Positions 10,223-21,372 are shown, counted from the stretch's first letter. The stretch is DNA of 29,595 nucleotides from an uncultured Acidobacteriota bacterium (GCA_963764715.1 CAVXTP010000004.1:1-29595); one strand, 5' to 3'. Made by a program: numbers and translations. Notes: a model not told the origin generated them from the sequence alone.

Positions 10223-11326
10223 ATGAGACGACTCGGTGCGCTCGCCGCCGTTTCGCTCCTGTTCGCCCTTCCCGCGCCCGGGGAGACCCTCCCCGAGCTC
10301 TTCCACAAAGCCAAGGCCCAGGTCAAAGGGGAATCCTGGGCGGAGGCCCTCAAAACTCTCGCGGCCCTCGAGGGCGAGGCGGAAAGGCCCGGCGCCGAGC
10401 GCGCCCGGCAGCAGCTCGCCGCTCCGCTGGCGTTCTATCGCGGCGTCTGCGAGGCGAACCTCGGAAGAGCGGACGAGGCCCGGATGGACTTCGCGGCGTT
10501 CCTCTCGATCGAGCCCGACGCGTCGATGGACCCGTCCATGTACTCGAAGAAAGCGGTCGCCGCATTCCAGGCGGCGCGCAAGAACGCGGCCCCGCCGGTC
10601 GAAGCCGACGACCGGCCGTCGGTGTTCCAGTCGTTCCAGGAGTTCAAGCTCCCGCGCAACTCCGGCGAGCGCGTGGACGCGAGCTGGCCCGACGGGCCGG
10701 TCCGGTGGATCATGACGGCGGACGAGCGGCGGCGCTGGCAGGACCTGACGCCCGGCGCGGACTGGCAGGAGTTCGTGGACCGGTTCTGGGAGGCCCGCAA
10801 CCCGCAGTCGGGCAACGCGGACAACCCCTTCAGGACGGCCTTCGATCGCCGCGTGGCCTTCGCCGACGCCCACTTCATTCAGGCCGAGGGGACGCGCGGC
10901 AGCATGACGGACCGCGGAATGGTGTTCGTTCTCCTCGGTCCGCCGACCTACGTCGGCCGGACGCCGATCCGGACGGGTGAAGACCGCAACGACGCGACCG
11001 GCCTGTCGACGGTCGGCTCCCGCGCCTCGGCCTACGCCCAGCGCGCGCTGACGTCGGCCGGGGAGCCCGCGGGGTCGACGGGCGCGCTCGCCGTGGACGC
11101 CGTTTTCGGCCCGGGGTCCCAGGCGCCGGACGCGAACCCGAGCTGGCGCGAGACCTGGCACTACCGAAGGGAGCTGCTGCCCAGGTCCCTCTCCTACCAG
11201 CAGCTCGATGTCGACTTCATCACCCGCAGGGGCTATGGCGTCGGCGTGCTGCAGCGCGAGCCCGCGGCTCTGGCGGCGCTCGACGCGGCCCGGGCCCGCT
11301 TCGATTTTCGCGGAGAGACGCCGTAG
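10223..11326 (+). CDS. Secreted GWxTD-domain protein, paralogue 1
   Basis: Signal peptide, TPR-like helical N-domain, then FVDRFWEARNP...FDRRVAFAD..F...GSMTDRGMVFVLLGPP (GWxTD-family pattern with W replaced by S) and W-H-Y. Confidence 0.85.
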   Translation: MRRLGALAAVSLLFALPAPGETLPELFHKAKAQVKGESWAEALKTLAALEGEAERPGAERARQQLAAPLAFYRGVCEANLGRADEARMDFAAFLSIEPDASMDPSMYSKKAVAAFQAARKNAAPPVEADDRPSVFQSFQEFKLPRNSGERVDASWPDGPVRWIMTADERRRWQDLTPGADWQEFVDRFWEARNPQSGNADNPFRTAFDRRVAFADAHFIQAEGTRGSMTDRGMVFVLLGPPTYVGRTPIRTGEDRNDATGLSTVGSRASAYAQRALTSAGEPAGSTGALAVDAVFGPGSQAPDANPSWRETWHYRRELLPRSLSYQQLDVDFITRRGYGVGVLQREPAALAALDAARARFDFRGETP

Positions 11327-11396
11327 CTGGCATCCGGGATCGAGCGGCGACGGGGCGGGCCCCGATGGACTTAAGATCGCACCCCGGAGGCCCGCC

Positions 11397-12440
11397 ATGA
11401 AGCGAATCGGCGTGTTTTTCGCCGCCGCGCTGCTCTGCTCGGCATCTCCCGCGCAGACTCTCCCCGAGCTCTTCCAGAAGGCCAAGGCACAGATCAAGGG
11501 CGAGTCCTGGACCGAGGCGCTCGAGACCCTCGACGCCCTCGAGGCGGAGGCCGCCCGGCCCGGCAACGAGGCGGCGCGGCAGCAGCTCGCGGCGCCGACC
11601 GCGTTCTACCGGGGCGTCTGCGAGGCGAACCTCGGCAACGCGGAAAGGGCCCAGGCCGACTTCGCGACTTTCCTGCGGGAGAATCCGGGCTCGACGATCG
11701 ACGAGGTGATGTACTCGAAGAAGGCGGTCGCGGCCTTCGAGGCCGCGCGAAAGAACGTCGCCTCCGAGGCGGCGAGCGGGGACGCGTCGGGCGGCCCGCT
11801 CTCCCTCTTCCAGAGGTTCGAGCAGTTCAAGTCTCCGCCCGACATGGGCGAGAAGCCGGACGATCGGTGGGCCGACGGACCGGTGAAGTGGATCATGACG
11901 GCCGAGGAGAAGGCGGCCTGGGCGGGGCTGACGGGCGGAGCCGAGCGCGCCGAGTTCGTCGAGAAGTTCTGGGCGAGGCGCAACCCGAAGCCCGGTTCCG
12001 AGGACAACATCGCGCGCACCGGCTTCGATCGGCGGGTCGCCTTCGCGGACACCTATTTCCAGCCGGACGAGCGGCGGCGCGGGAGCCTGACGGACGCGGG
12101 GATGGTGTTCATCCTGCTCGGACCGCCGAGCTGGACCGGCCGCAAGCCGATCGTGACGGGCGAGGATCCCACCGACGCGGCCGGCATGTCCGAGGAGTCG
12201 AAGTGGTGGATGGCCAACCGTAATTCGGTCCACATCGACGGCGGTCGGGCCGCCGACACTTCCGGCGCCTTTCGCGAGATCTGGCATTACCGGCGAGAGG
12301 CCTTGCCGAAGGGCGTCTCCGCTTTCCAGGTGAACGTCGTGTTCATCACCAAGAAGGGGTACGGCCGATCCGTTCTCCAGCGCGAGCCCGCGACGCTCGC
12401 CGCCCTCGACGCCGCGCGCCCGGGAAGATCCGGGAGCTAG
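11397..12440 (+). CDS. Secreted GWxTD-domain protein, paralogue 2
   Basis: Start MKRIGVFF after GGAGG; same architecture; motif degenerate (GSLTDAG). Confidence 0.85.
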   Translation: MKRIGVFFAAALLCSASPAQTLPELFQKAKAQIKGESWTEALETLDALEAEAARPGNEAARQQLAAPTAFYRGVCEANLGNAERAQADFATFLRENPGSTIDEVMYSKKAVAAFEAARKNVASEAASGDASGGPLSLFQRFEQFKSPPDMGEKPDDRWADGPVKWIMTAEEKAAWAGLTGGAERAEFVEKFWARRNPKPGSEDNIARTGFDRRVAFADTYFQPDERRRGSLTDAGMVFILLGPPSWTGRKPIVTGEDPTDAAGMSEESKWWMANRNSVHIDGGRAADTSGAFREIWHYRREALPKGVSAFQVNVVFITKKGYGRSVLQREPATLAALDAARPGRSGS

Positions 12441-12493
12441 CTCCTCGCCGCGCGGGCCGCTTCGCCGGGACTAGAATGTGCGGCGGAGCCGCC

Positions 12494-13552
12494 ATGCGAC
12501 GACCCGGAGCCACTTTCGCCGCCCTTCTCTTTGCCGCTTCGATTTCCGCGCAGCCCCTTCCCGAGCTGTTCCAGAAAGCCAAGGCCCAGGTCAAGGGCGA
12601 GTCCTGGACCGAGGCGCTCAAGACCCTCGACGCCCTCGAGGCGGAGGCCGCCCGGCCCGGCAACGAGGCGGCGCAGCAGCAGCTCGCGGCCCCGACCGCG
12701 TTCTACCGCGGCGTCTGCGAGGCGAACCTCGGGAACGCGGAGAAGGCGCAGGACGATTTTTCGACGTTTCTCGAGCTCCAGCCGGGCGCGTCGATGGACC
12801 CCTCGATGTACTCGAAGAAGGCGATCGCCGCCTTCCAGGCCGCGCGCAAGGGCCAGGCCGCGCCGCCCGCGGGCAACGAATCCGACGGCCGGCCCGCGAT
12901 GTTCGTGGCGTTCCAGGAATTCAAGCTGCCGCCGAACGCCGGCGAGCCGGTCAACGAGAAGTGGGGAGACGGCCCGGTGAAATGGATCATGACCGACGAG
13001 GAGAAACGAGCGTGGGCGGAGCTTTCCTCGGGAGGCGAGTGGCAGGAGTTCGTCGACAAGTTCTGGGAAGCCCGCAATCCCCGCCCGGGCAACCCGGACA
13101 ACTCCTATGAGACGACTTTCGACCGCCGGGTCGCCTTCGCGGATTCGCGCTTCGCGGAGGCCGAGGGGACCCGGGGCAGCATGACGGACCGCGGGATGGT
13201 TTTCGTTCTCCTCGGGCCGCCGACCTACGTCGGACGCAAGCCGATCCGGCCCGGCGACGACGTGTCCGATCCGGCCGGAGCCTCGCGGGGTGGCAGCTAC
13301 AACATGGGCGAACGGGGCCTCTTCGTCGTGACCGGCGTGGGCGCCCGGGCGCCGAACAGCGATGCGAGCAACTTCCGGGAGGTCTGGCACTACCGCCGCG
13401 AGCTCCTCCCGAAGGGCGTGGGTTACCAGCAGGTCGACATCGAGTTCATCACCAAGAAGGGGTTTGGCGTCAACGTCATCCAGCGCGACCCGCCCACGCT
13501 GGCGACCCTCCAGGCCGCGGCGAAGCCGAAGGCGGACCTTTCGAAACCATGA
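12494..13552 (+). CDS. Secreted GWxTD-domain protein, paralogue 3
   Basis: Start MRRPGATF after GGAG; GSMTDRGMVFVLLGPP. Confidence 0.85.
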   Translation: MRRPGATFAALLFAASISAQPLPELFQKAKAQVKGESWTEALKTLDALEAEAARPGNEAAQQQLAAPTAFYRGVCEANLGNAEKAQDDFSTFLELQPGASMDPSMYSKKAIAAFQAARKGQAAPPAGNESDGRPAMFVAFQEFKLPPNAGEPVNEKWGDGPVKWIMTDEEKRAWAELSSGGEWQEFVDKFWEARNPRPGNPDNSYETTFDRRVAFADSRFAEAEGTRGSMTDRGMVFVLLGPPTYVGRKPIRPGDDVSDPAGASRGGSYNMGERGLFVVTGVGARAPNSDASNFREVWHYRRELLPKGVGYQQVDIEFITKKGFGVNVIQRDPPTLATLQAAAKPKADLSKP

Positions 13553-13607
13553 AGACCTGAACACGGCCGTCTCGAACGGACGTAAGATTCCGACCCGGAG
13601 GCCCGCC

Positions 13608-14717
13608 ATGAAGCGTATCGGCGCCGTTTTCGCCGCGCTCCTGCTTCTTTCCGCCGCATCCACCGCCCAGACCCTCCCCGAGCTCTTCCAGAAAGCCAAA
13701 GCCCAGGTGAAGGGCGAGTCCTGGGCCGAAGCGCTCAAGACGCTGGAAAAGCTGGACGCCGAGGCTTCGCAGCCCGGCAACGAGGCCGCCCGACAGCAGC
13801 TCGCCGCGCCGACGGCGTTCTACCGGGGGGTCTGCGAGGCCAACCTCGGCCAGGCCGACAAGGCGAAGGCGGACTTCGCGACGTTTCTCGAGATCCAGCC
13901 CAACGCCTCGCTGGACCCGTCGATGTACTCGAAGAAGGCGATCGCCGCCTTCGACGCAGCGCGCGCGAGTATCGCTCCGCCGCCGGATCCGGGCGACGGC
14001 CGCCCCTCGATGTTCGCCCGCTTCCAGGAGTTCAAGCTTCCGCCGAACTCCGGCGAGCAGATCAACGACGCGTGGGCCAGCGGTCCCATCAAGTGGATCC
14101 TGACGCCCGAGGAGAAGCGGGCCTGGGCGAGCCTGACGGCCGGCGGCGAGCGGCAGGAGTTCGTCGACAAGTTCTGGGAGACGCGCAACCCGCAGCCCGG
14201 CAATCCCGACAATTCGTACCGCACGGCGTTCGAGCGTCGGGTCGCGTTCGCCGACGCGAACTTCGTGCAGGCCGAAGGGACGCGCGGCAGCATGACCGAC
14301 CGCGGCATGGTGTTCGTGCTGCTCGGCCCGCCGACCTACGTCGGGCGCAAGCCGATCCGCACGGGCGACGACTCGAGCGAGGCCGCCGGGCTATCGACGG
14401 TCGAGTCGTCCGACCAGCGCAACGCGATGACGGCCGCCGTCGCTTCGTCCCCCTCCGGGAGGATCTCGTCGGCCCAGGCCGCCGCCATCTCGGACAAGTT
14501 CTCCGGCCCGGGGACGCAGGCGATCGACTCGAACGCCAACTGGCGCGAGGTCTGGCACTACCGCCGGGAGCTGCTCCCCAGGGGCGTGGGCTACCAGCAG
14601 GTCGACGTCGACTTCATCACGAAGAAGGGTTACGGCGTGAACATCATGCAGCGCGACACGCCGACCCTGAACACGCTCGCCGCGGCGGCGAAGCCTCCGG
14701 CGAAGCCGAGCTCCTAG
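13608..14717 (+). CDS. Secreted GWxTD-domain protein, paralogue 4
   Basis: Start MKRIGAVF after GGAGG; GSMTDRGMVFVLLGPP. Confidence 0.85.
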   Translation: MKRIGAVFAALLLLSAASTAQTLPELFQKAKAQVKGESWAEALKTLEKLDAEASQPGNEAARQQLAAPTAFYRGVCEANLGQADKAKADFATFLEIQPNASLDPSMYSKKAIAAFDAARASIAPPPDPGDGRPSMFARFQEFKLPPNSGEQINDAWASGPIKWILTPEEKRAWASLTAGGERQEFVDKFWETRNPQPGNPDNSYRTAFERRVAFADANFVQAEGTRGSMTDRGMVFVLLGPPTYVGRKPIRTGDDSSEAAGLSTVESSDQRNAMTAAVASSPSGRISSAQAAAISDKFSGPGTQAIDSNANWREVWHYRRELLPRGVGYQQVDVDFITKKGYGVNIMQRDTPTLNTLAAAAKPPAKPSS

Positions 14718-14739
14718 TCGCTCGCCGGAAGCCGGCCGG

Positions 14740-15447
14740 TCAGTCCGGGAGAACTTCCGTCTCCCGCTCGGCGAGGGTGCGGCGCGTCAGCCGCGCCACG
14801 TACACGGTCACGATCACCGTGATCGCGACTCCCGCGCCGAACACGGCCCAGCCCCACGCGGGAGGCGGCGCGGCGCCGGCGCCGGAAGCTCCGGAAGCGC
14901 GCGCGGCCGCGCCGAGGCCGGCGTAGAGAAAGGTCAGCGGAATCATCCCCGTCGCGCTCGCGGCGACGTACGGCCCGAAGCGGATCGCCGTCAGCCCGTA
15001 GACGTAGTTGGACAGGACGAACGGAACGACCGCCGACATCCGGAGAAGGAAGACGATCCGCCATCCCTTCTCTCCGACGGCGGCGTCGAGCGCCGCGAAG
15101 CGCGGGTCCCGGGCGGCCGCGCGGGCGATGCGGTCGCGCGCGAGGTAGCGGGCGACGAGAAACGAGGCGGCGGCCCCCGAGGTCGCCCCGGCGAGCGCGA
15201 CTGCCGTTCCGGGAACGAGGCCGAAGAGAAAGCCCGCGCCGATCGTCATCAGCACCGCCGGCAGCATGAGAAGGGTCACGCCCGCGTGGGCGGCGACGTA
15301 GAGCACGACGCCGAGCGCGCCGAGCCCCGCGATCCACGCGCCGAAGCCGGCGACCCAGTCGCCGAAGGGAAGCCGCCGTCCCGCCGCGACGAGCGCGGCG
15401 GCGACGAGGATGGCGGCGAGGAGGCGGACCCATCGGCGCGGCGTCAC
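14740..15447 (-). CDS. TVP38/TMEM64 (VTT/DedA superfamily) membrane protein
   Basis: Hydrophobic 235 aa; LPAVLMTIGAGFLFG, GATSGAAASFLVARY, LLRMSAVVPFVLSNYVYGLT and YAGLG patterns. Confidence 0.88.
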   Translation of the reverse strand: MTPRRWVRLLAAILVAAALVAAGRRLPFGDWVAGFGAWIAGLGALGVVLYVAAHAGVTLLMLPAVLMTIGAGFLFGLVPGTAVALAGATSGAAASFLVARYLARDRIARAAARDPRFAALDAAVGEKGWRIVFLLRMSAVVPFVLSNYVYGLTAIRFGPYVAASATGMIPLTFLYAGLGAAARASGASGAGAAPPPAWGWAVFGAGVAITVIVTVYVARLTRRTLAERETEVLPD

Positions 15448-15615
15448 GCGGAGGATCCTCTCAGAGATTTCGGTGGAAGAGCCGGGGGATCAATTTCCCG
15501 GTTGGCGCTTCGGAAAATCGGATTCGGAAAATTCTCGGGAGCTTCCCGTCGCCGCCGGAGCGCGCCTCGTCCTCGCCGCCGTCCCGTTCGTCATCGCGCG
15601 TCGGATCCGCGCGCG

Positions 15616-15631
15616 TGGCAAGCCGGTTGCT
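15616..15631 (+). promoter_or_regulatory. Sigma54-type -24/-12 promoter
   Basis: TGGCAAGCCGGTTGCT matches TGGCAC-N5-TTGCW with exact GG-N10-GC spacing; intergenic and divergent from the TVP38 gene. Confidence 0.7.
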
Positions 15632-15682
15632 CTTCTTCGCGCGCGAAGGGCGCGCATGGGGCGCGCCCGCGGAGAGGAGAAC

Positions 15683-15775
15683 ATGGCGAGACTCGAGCGA
15701 TTCGGTTTCGGCTTGCTCCGCCTCTCGTTCCGGGCGCCCCGCGGCTGCCCATTCGGAGCCGTCGTGCGCTCGTAG
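15683..15775 (+). CDS. Putative 30-aa small protein (or part of an sRNA)
   Basis: GGAGAGGAG immediately upstream of ATG 15683; MARLERFGFGLLRLSFRAPRGCPFGAVVRS*; lies between the sigma54 motif and a strong terminator. Confidence 0.4.
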   Translation: MARLERFGFGLLRLSFRAPRGCPFGAVVRS

Positions 15776-15834
15776 CCCCGGTCCTCCACGCCCGCCCTCT
15801 CCAGTCCCCGGAGGGGGTCGGACGTCGTCCAATG

Positions 15835-15866
15835 AAAAGCCCCGCCGAGAGGCGGGGCTTATTTTT
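15835..15866 (+). terminator. Rho-independent terminator, probably bidirectional
   Basis: AAAAGCCCCGCC-GAGA-GGCGGGGCTT-ATTTTT: 10-bp stem, GNRA loop, T-tail and leading A-tract. Confidence 0.85.
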
Positions 15867-15884
15867 CGGAACAGGTCTCGAAGA

Positions 15885-16023
15885 AGGGCGCCCGCGAGGG
15901 GCGCCCCTACGACCGGGGGCGCGAAGATCGGAAAGGTCCGAAAGACGTGCTCCGGGGGTGCGAAAGACCGGAAAGGTCCGAAAGACGTGCTCCGGTCGTA
16001 GGGGCGGGGCTTGTCCCCGCCCT
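15885..16023. repeat. Inverted pair of GTAG-type REP palindromes
   Basis: Minus strand GTAGGGGCGCCCCTCGCGGGCGCCCT (15885-15910) and plus strand GTAGGGGCGGGGCTTGTCCCCGCCCT (15998-16023). A perfect 14-bp inverted repeat GCCCCTACGACCGG / CCGGTCGTAGGGGC lies at 15903-15916 and 15992-16005. Confidence 0.75.
15921..15995 (+). repeat. Two tandem copies (40-bp period) inside the REP pair
   Basis: CGGAAAGGTCCGAAAGACGTGCTCCGG is identical at 15929-15955 and 15969-15995. Confidence 0.9.
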
Positions 16024-16068
16024 CGGGGATTTCGCCGAGTGAGGCATCAAAACACGACCTGGGTTCCA

Positions 16069-16120
16069 GGTCAGTCCTGATTCGTTGATTTCGGCGGGGC
16101 GGGGAGTTTCCCCGCCCCGT
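16069..16120 (+). repeat. RAYT-associated site (variant TTCGTTG) plus GC hairpin
   Basis: GGTCAGTCCTGATTCGTTGATTTCG (16069-16093) followed by GCGGGGCGGGGA-GTT-TCCCCGCCCCGT. Confidence 0.85.
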
Positions 16121-16276
16121 GCCGCTCGAGGGAGGTTCGGGTCCGTGCCACGTCTGCCCCCCGGAGGAGTTGCGCGCGAAGCGGAACCTTCCCCTTGATA
16201 TCCTCGCCCCTCGGCCCGCGAGGGCCGGGTCCCGGTTACCATCCCCACCCGCCACGGTGAAACAAAGGAGGGACTG

Positions 16277-17029
16277 ATGCGCCTTCGCTCCTCGATCGCC
16301 GCCTTCGGGTTCCTGGCCGCGGCCGCTTCTCCGCTCCTCGCCGACGAGCTCGGCCACGCCCGGCCAAAGAGCTGGGGCACGACCTCTCAGACGGTCCTGA
16401 CGCTCGGCCCCTGCGACGCCGCGCAGCGGGACATGACGAATCCCTTCCAGGTCTTCGGTTGCGATTTCCTGACCGCGAAACAGCCCAACACGTTCAACTC
16501 GGCGGCTGCCGGGTTCCCGCTGCACCTGCCGGAAGGCGCACTGCTCGAGGAGGTCGACGTCTCCTACTACGACACCGTCAGCGGGTCCGAGCCGTTCGTC
16601 AAACTGATTCGCAAGGGCCCCGGACCGACGGACCAGATCCTTAACGATAACCTCCCGGTGTTCGAGTCGGGGGACAACCTGGCGGTCTTCGTCCTGAGTC
16701 CGCCGCGCGAAATCCACAACGACAACTTCATCTATGCCCTGAACCTGGACCTGGACACCGTCGACGCCACGCACTACGAGGGGCTCTACAACGTCTCGAT
16801 CCGCTACCGCCTCCAGGTCAGCCCGCCGCCCGAAACGGCGACGTTCGGGGACGTTCCGGCCGACCATCCGTTCTTCCAGTTCGTGGAAGCGCTGGCCGCG
16901 TCGGGGATCACCGCGGGCTGCGGGAACGGGAACTTCTGCCCCAACACACCGCTGACGCGGGGCCAGATGGCGGTGTTCCTGGCGAAGGCGCTCGGGCTGC
17001 ACTGGCCGAACTCTCAGTTGCCGAACTGA
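16277..17029 (+). CDS. Secreted protein with single C-terminal S-layer homology (SLH) domain (SLH-1)
   Basis: GGAGG RBS; signal peptide; C-terminal TFGDVPADHPFFQFVEALAASGITAGCGNGNFCPNTPLTRGQMAVFLAKALGL. Confidence 0.9.
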   Translation: MRLRSSIAAFGFLAAAASPLLADELGHARPKSWGTTSQTVLTLGPCDAAQRDMTNPFQVFGCDFLTAKQPNTFNSAAAGFPLHLPEGALLEEVDVSYYDTVSGSEPFVKLIRKGPGPTDQILNDNLPVFESGDNLAVFVLSPPREIHNDNFIYALNLDLDTVDATHYEGLYNVSIRYRLQVSPPPETATFGDVPADHPFFQFVEALAASGITAGCGNGNFCPNTPLTRGQMAVFLAKALGLHWPNSQLPN

Positions 17030-17081
17030 GGGGTCAGTCCTGATTCGTTGATTTCGCCCGCGGCGGGGAATCCCGCCCCGT
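17030..17081 (+). repeat. RAYT-associated site (variant) plus degenerate hairpin
   Basis: GGGGTCAGTCCTGATTCGTTGATTTCG (17030-17056) starts on the base after the SLH-1 stop; 25 bp identical to 16069-16093; followed by GCGGCGGGGAATCCCGCCCCGT. Confidence 0.88.
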
Positions 17082-17094
17082 TTCCTCGCCCCCC

Positions 17095-17128
17095 GAAAAC
17101 ACGAAGGGCGCCCTTTCGGGCGCCCTCG
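17095..17128 (-). terminator. Rho-independent terminator of the Fe-S carrier gene
   Basis: Minus strand AGGGCGCCC-GAAA-GGGCGCCCT then TCGTGTTTTC, about 25 bp after the stop at 17152. Confidence 0.75.
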
Positions 17129-17151
17129 ATCGATTCGACGTTGGATCGCGC

Positions 17152-17535
17152 TTACGCGCTGAAGCTCTTTCCGCAGCCGCAGCCGCCGCCGGTCGCGTTC
17201 GGGTTCGTGACCGAGAACCCCGCTCCGCGCATGTCCTCGACGAAGTCGACCGTGGCGTCCTTGAGGTACGTGGCGCTCTGCGGATCGACGACGACCTGGA
17301 TGCCGCCCGTCTCGATGAGGGCGTCGCCTTCCTTCTTGTCGTCGAAGGTGAAGCCGTACTGGAAACCGGAGCAGCCTCCGCCCTGGACGAAGATCCGGAG
17401 CGGCTTGCCCTGAGACTCGGGCATGGTGCCCGCGAAGTATTTGACCTTTTCGATCGCTTTCTCCGTCAGCGACAGGAGGGCGCCCGTGGGTCCGGTCGTG
17501 ATCGGAGTCGGAATCGAAGATTCGACAGTAGACAT
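17152..17535 (-). CDS. A-type iron-sulfur cluster carrier (HesB/IscA/ErpA family)
   Basis: [16 protein letters not shown] and NPNA...CGCGKSF motifs; GGAG RBS. Confidence 0.93.
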   Translation of the reverse strand: MSTVESSIPTPITTGPTGALLSLTEKAIEKVKYFAGTMPESQGKPLRIFVQGGGCSGFQYGFTFDDKKEGDALIETGGIQVVVDPQSATYLKDATVDFVEDMRGAGFSVTNPNATGGGCGCGKSFSA

Positions 17536-17589
17536 TGAGTTCTCCTCGAAGGGGATTATGGTCCGCGTTGCGGACCCAACGCAACGGTC

Positions 17590-17871
17590 TCAGGAAGCCT
17601 TGGCGAGTGAGGGAGTTGCGAGCAGCTCGTCGATCGACTTCCAGGTCGAGTCGACCTGCCGGGGCGGCGTCAGAAAGGAGACCTGCTTCGGGCTGACCTC
17701 GAAATCGACGACTTCCGGCAGCCGCGCCCGCTCCCAGGCCCGGCGCAGGGTGCGACACTCCGCGTCATCCAGGGGACGGTTGAAATGACCAATCGCGAGA
17801 CGGGCCCCGTCGACCTCGAAGACCGACCGGAACGAAACCCTTGCTGCGCGAGGCTGATTGCTCCAACCCAT
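17590..17871 (-). CDS. Hypothetical protein (~93 aa)
   Basis: Part of ORF 17590..17988 from ATG 17871 (MGWSNQPR...); G/C-rich third positions; co-oriented just upstream of the Fe-S carrier gene. Start uncertain. Confidence 0.5.
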   Translation of the reverse strand: MGWSNQPRAARVSFRSVFEVDGARLAIGHFNRPLDDAECRTLRRAWERARLPEVVDFEVSPKQVSFLTPPRQVDSTWKSIDELLATPSLAKAS

Positions 17872-17982
17872 GATGTCTGTCGGATGCTCCCGGCCATCTC
17901 TCCGTTTCATGCCCCGATCAACAGCAATGACCGTGCCACTATTCCTAACCCCCACTATTGGGAGCACAGGTTCATGTGCAGA

Positions 17983-17998
17983 CCCCAATATCTTGTGT
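17983..17998. promoter_or_regulatory. NrdR box
   Basis: CCCCAATATCTTGTGT fits acaCwAtATaTwGtgt; about 145 bp upstream of an RNR gene. Confidence 0.75.
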
Positions 17999-18005
17999 TT
18001 TCCTC

Positions 18006-18035
18006 TTGACTCGGTCTTCCAGCCGGACTTACCCT
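18006..18035 (+). promoter_or_regulatory. Candidate sigma70 promoter for nrdJ
   Basis: TTGACT-N18-TACCCT immediately downstream of the NrdR box. Confidence 0.45.
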
Positions 18036-18143
18036 CATGAGCAACGCTGGCGGTTTTTCCGCATCACTCAGAGGTGAGCCAGGGTTTTTAGAGCCGGGGC
18101 GGAGCATTCGTTTCGTGAGCATTTCGGAAGGGAGGACGGGGGG

Positions 18144-20936
<2,793 letters not shown>

Positions 20937-20969
20937 AACCAAGTTTGGGGTGGGGCCGTCTTAGGCCGA

Positions 20970-21000
20970 CTGCGGGCGCCGAAGGGCGCCCGCAGGTTTT
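20970..21000 (+). terminator. Rho-independent terminator of nrdJ
   Basis: CTGCGGGCGCC-GAAG-GGCGCCCGCAG followed by GTTTT. Confidence 0.8.
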
Positions 21001-21036
21001 ACCTTTAGATCGACAGGCCGGCGAAACTCGACACGG

Positions 21037-21269
21037 CTCGCGGATCAGCGCTTCGTCGGACGCGACGCGGGCTTCCAGGCGAGGTGGAAGTGGTTCGTCA
21101 TCAGGCAGTAGGCGAGCAGGCGGACCCCGAACCGGTCGCGGCAACCGGCCAGCCGCTTCAGGAAGTCCTCGCGGTCCCGATCGCCGCTGAAGATGTCGCG
21201 ACGCTCGTTTCCGCGTGCGGTCACGTGGTAGACGGCCCCGGGGAACTCCAGTCGCGGCGGTCGCGGCAT
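21037..21269 (-). pseudogene. Internally deleted RAYT transposase
   Basis: First ~64 codons near-identical to 28583..29557 (through NHFHLA), joined out of frame to the C-terminal RLEARVASDEALIR. The deletion is 664 bp relative to the intact copy, at a GGCG microhomology (21078-21081; 28702 and 29366 in the intact gene). Confidence 0.9.
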
Positions 21270-21319
21270 ATCAAGGCGGCTCTCTCCTTGAATTGTCGCG
21301 AGCCGGTTGCTCGCACCTC

Positions 21320-21346
21320 CGAAATCAGCAAATCAAGACTGACCCC
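21320..21346 (-). repeat. RAYT-associated site, upstream end of the deleted RAYT
   Basis: CGAAATCAGCAAATCAAGACTGACCCC is the reverse complement of the consensus, 50 bp upstream of the ATG. Confidence 0.92.
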
Positions 21347-21372
21347 TCGTTGCCAGACCCCTCGCTGCACTT

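Noticed and set aside
17947-17966. Second NrdR box
   Set aside because: ACCCCCACTATTGGG is only a weak match and not at the usual 31-32 bp spacing.
17990-18143. Cobalamin riboswitch upstream of nrdJ
   Set aside because: No recognisable B12-box or GGGAA/GCCACTG core; the NrdR box accounts for regulation.
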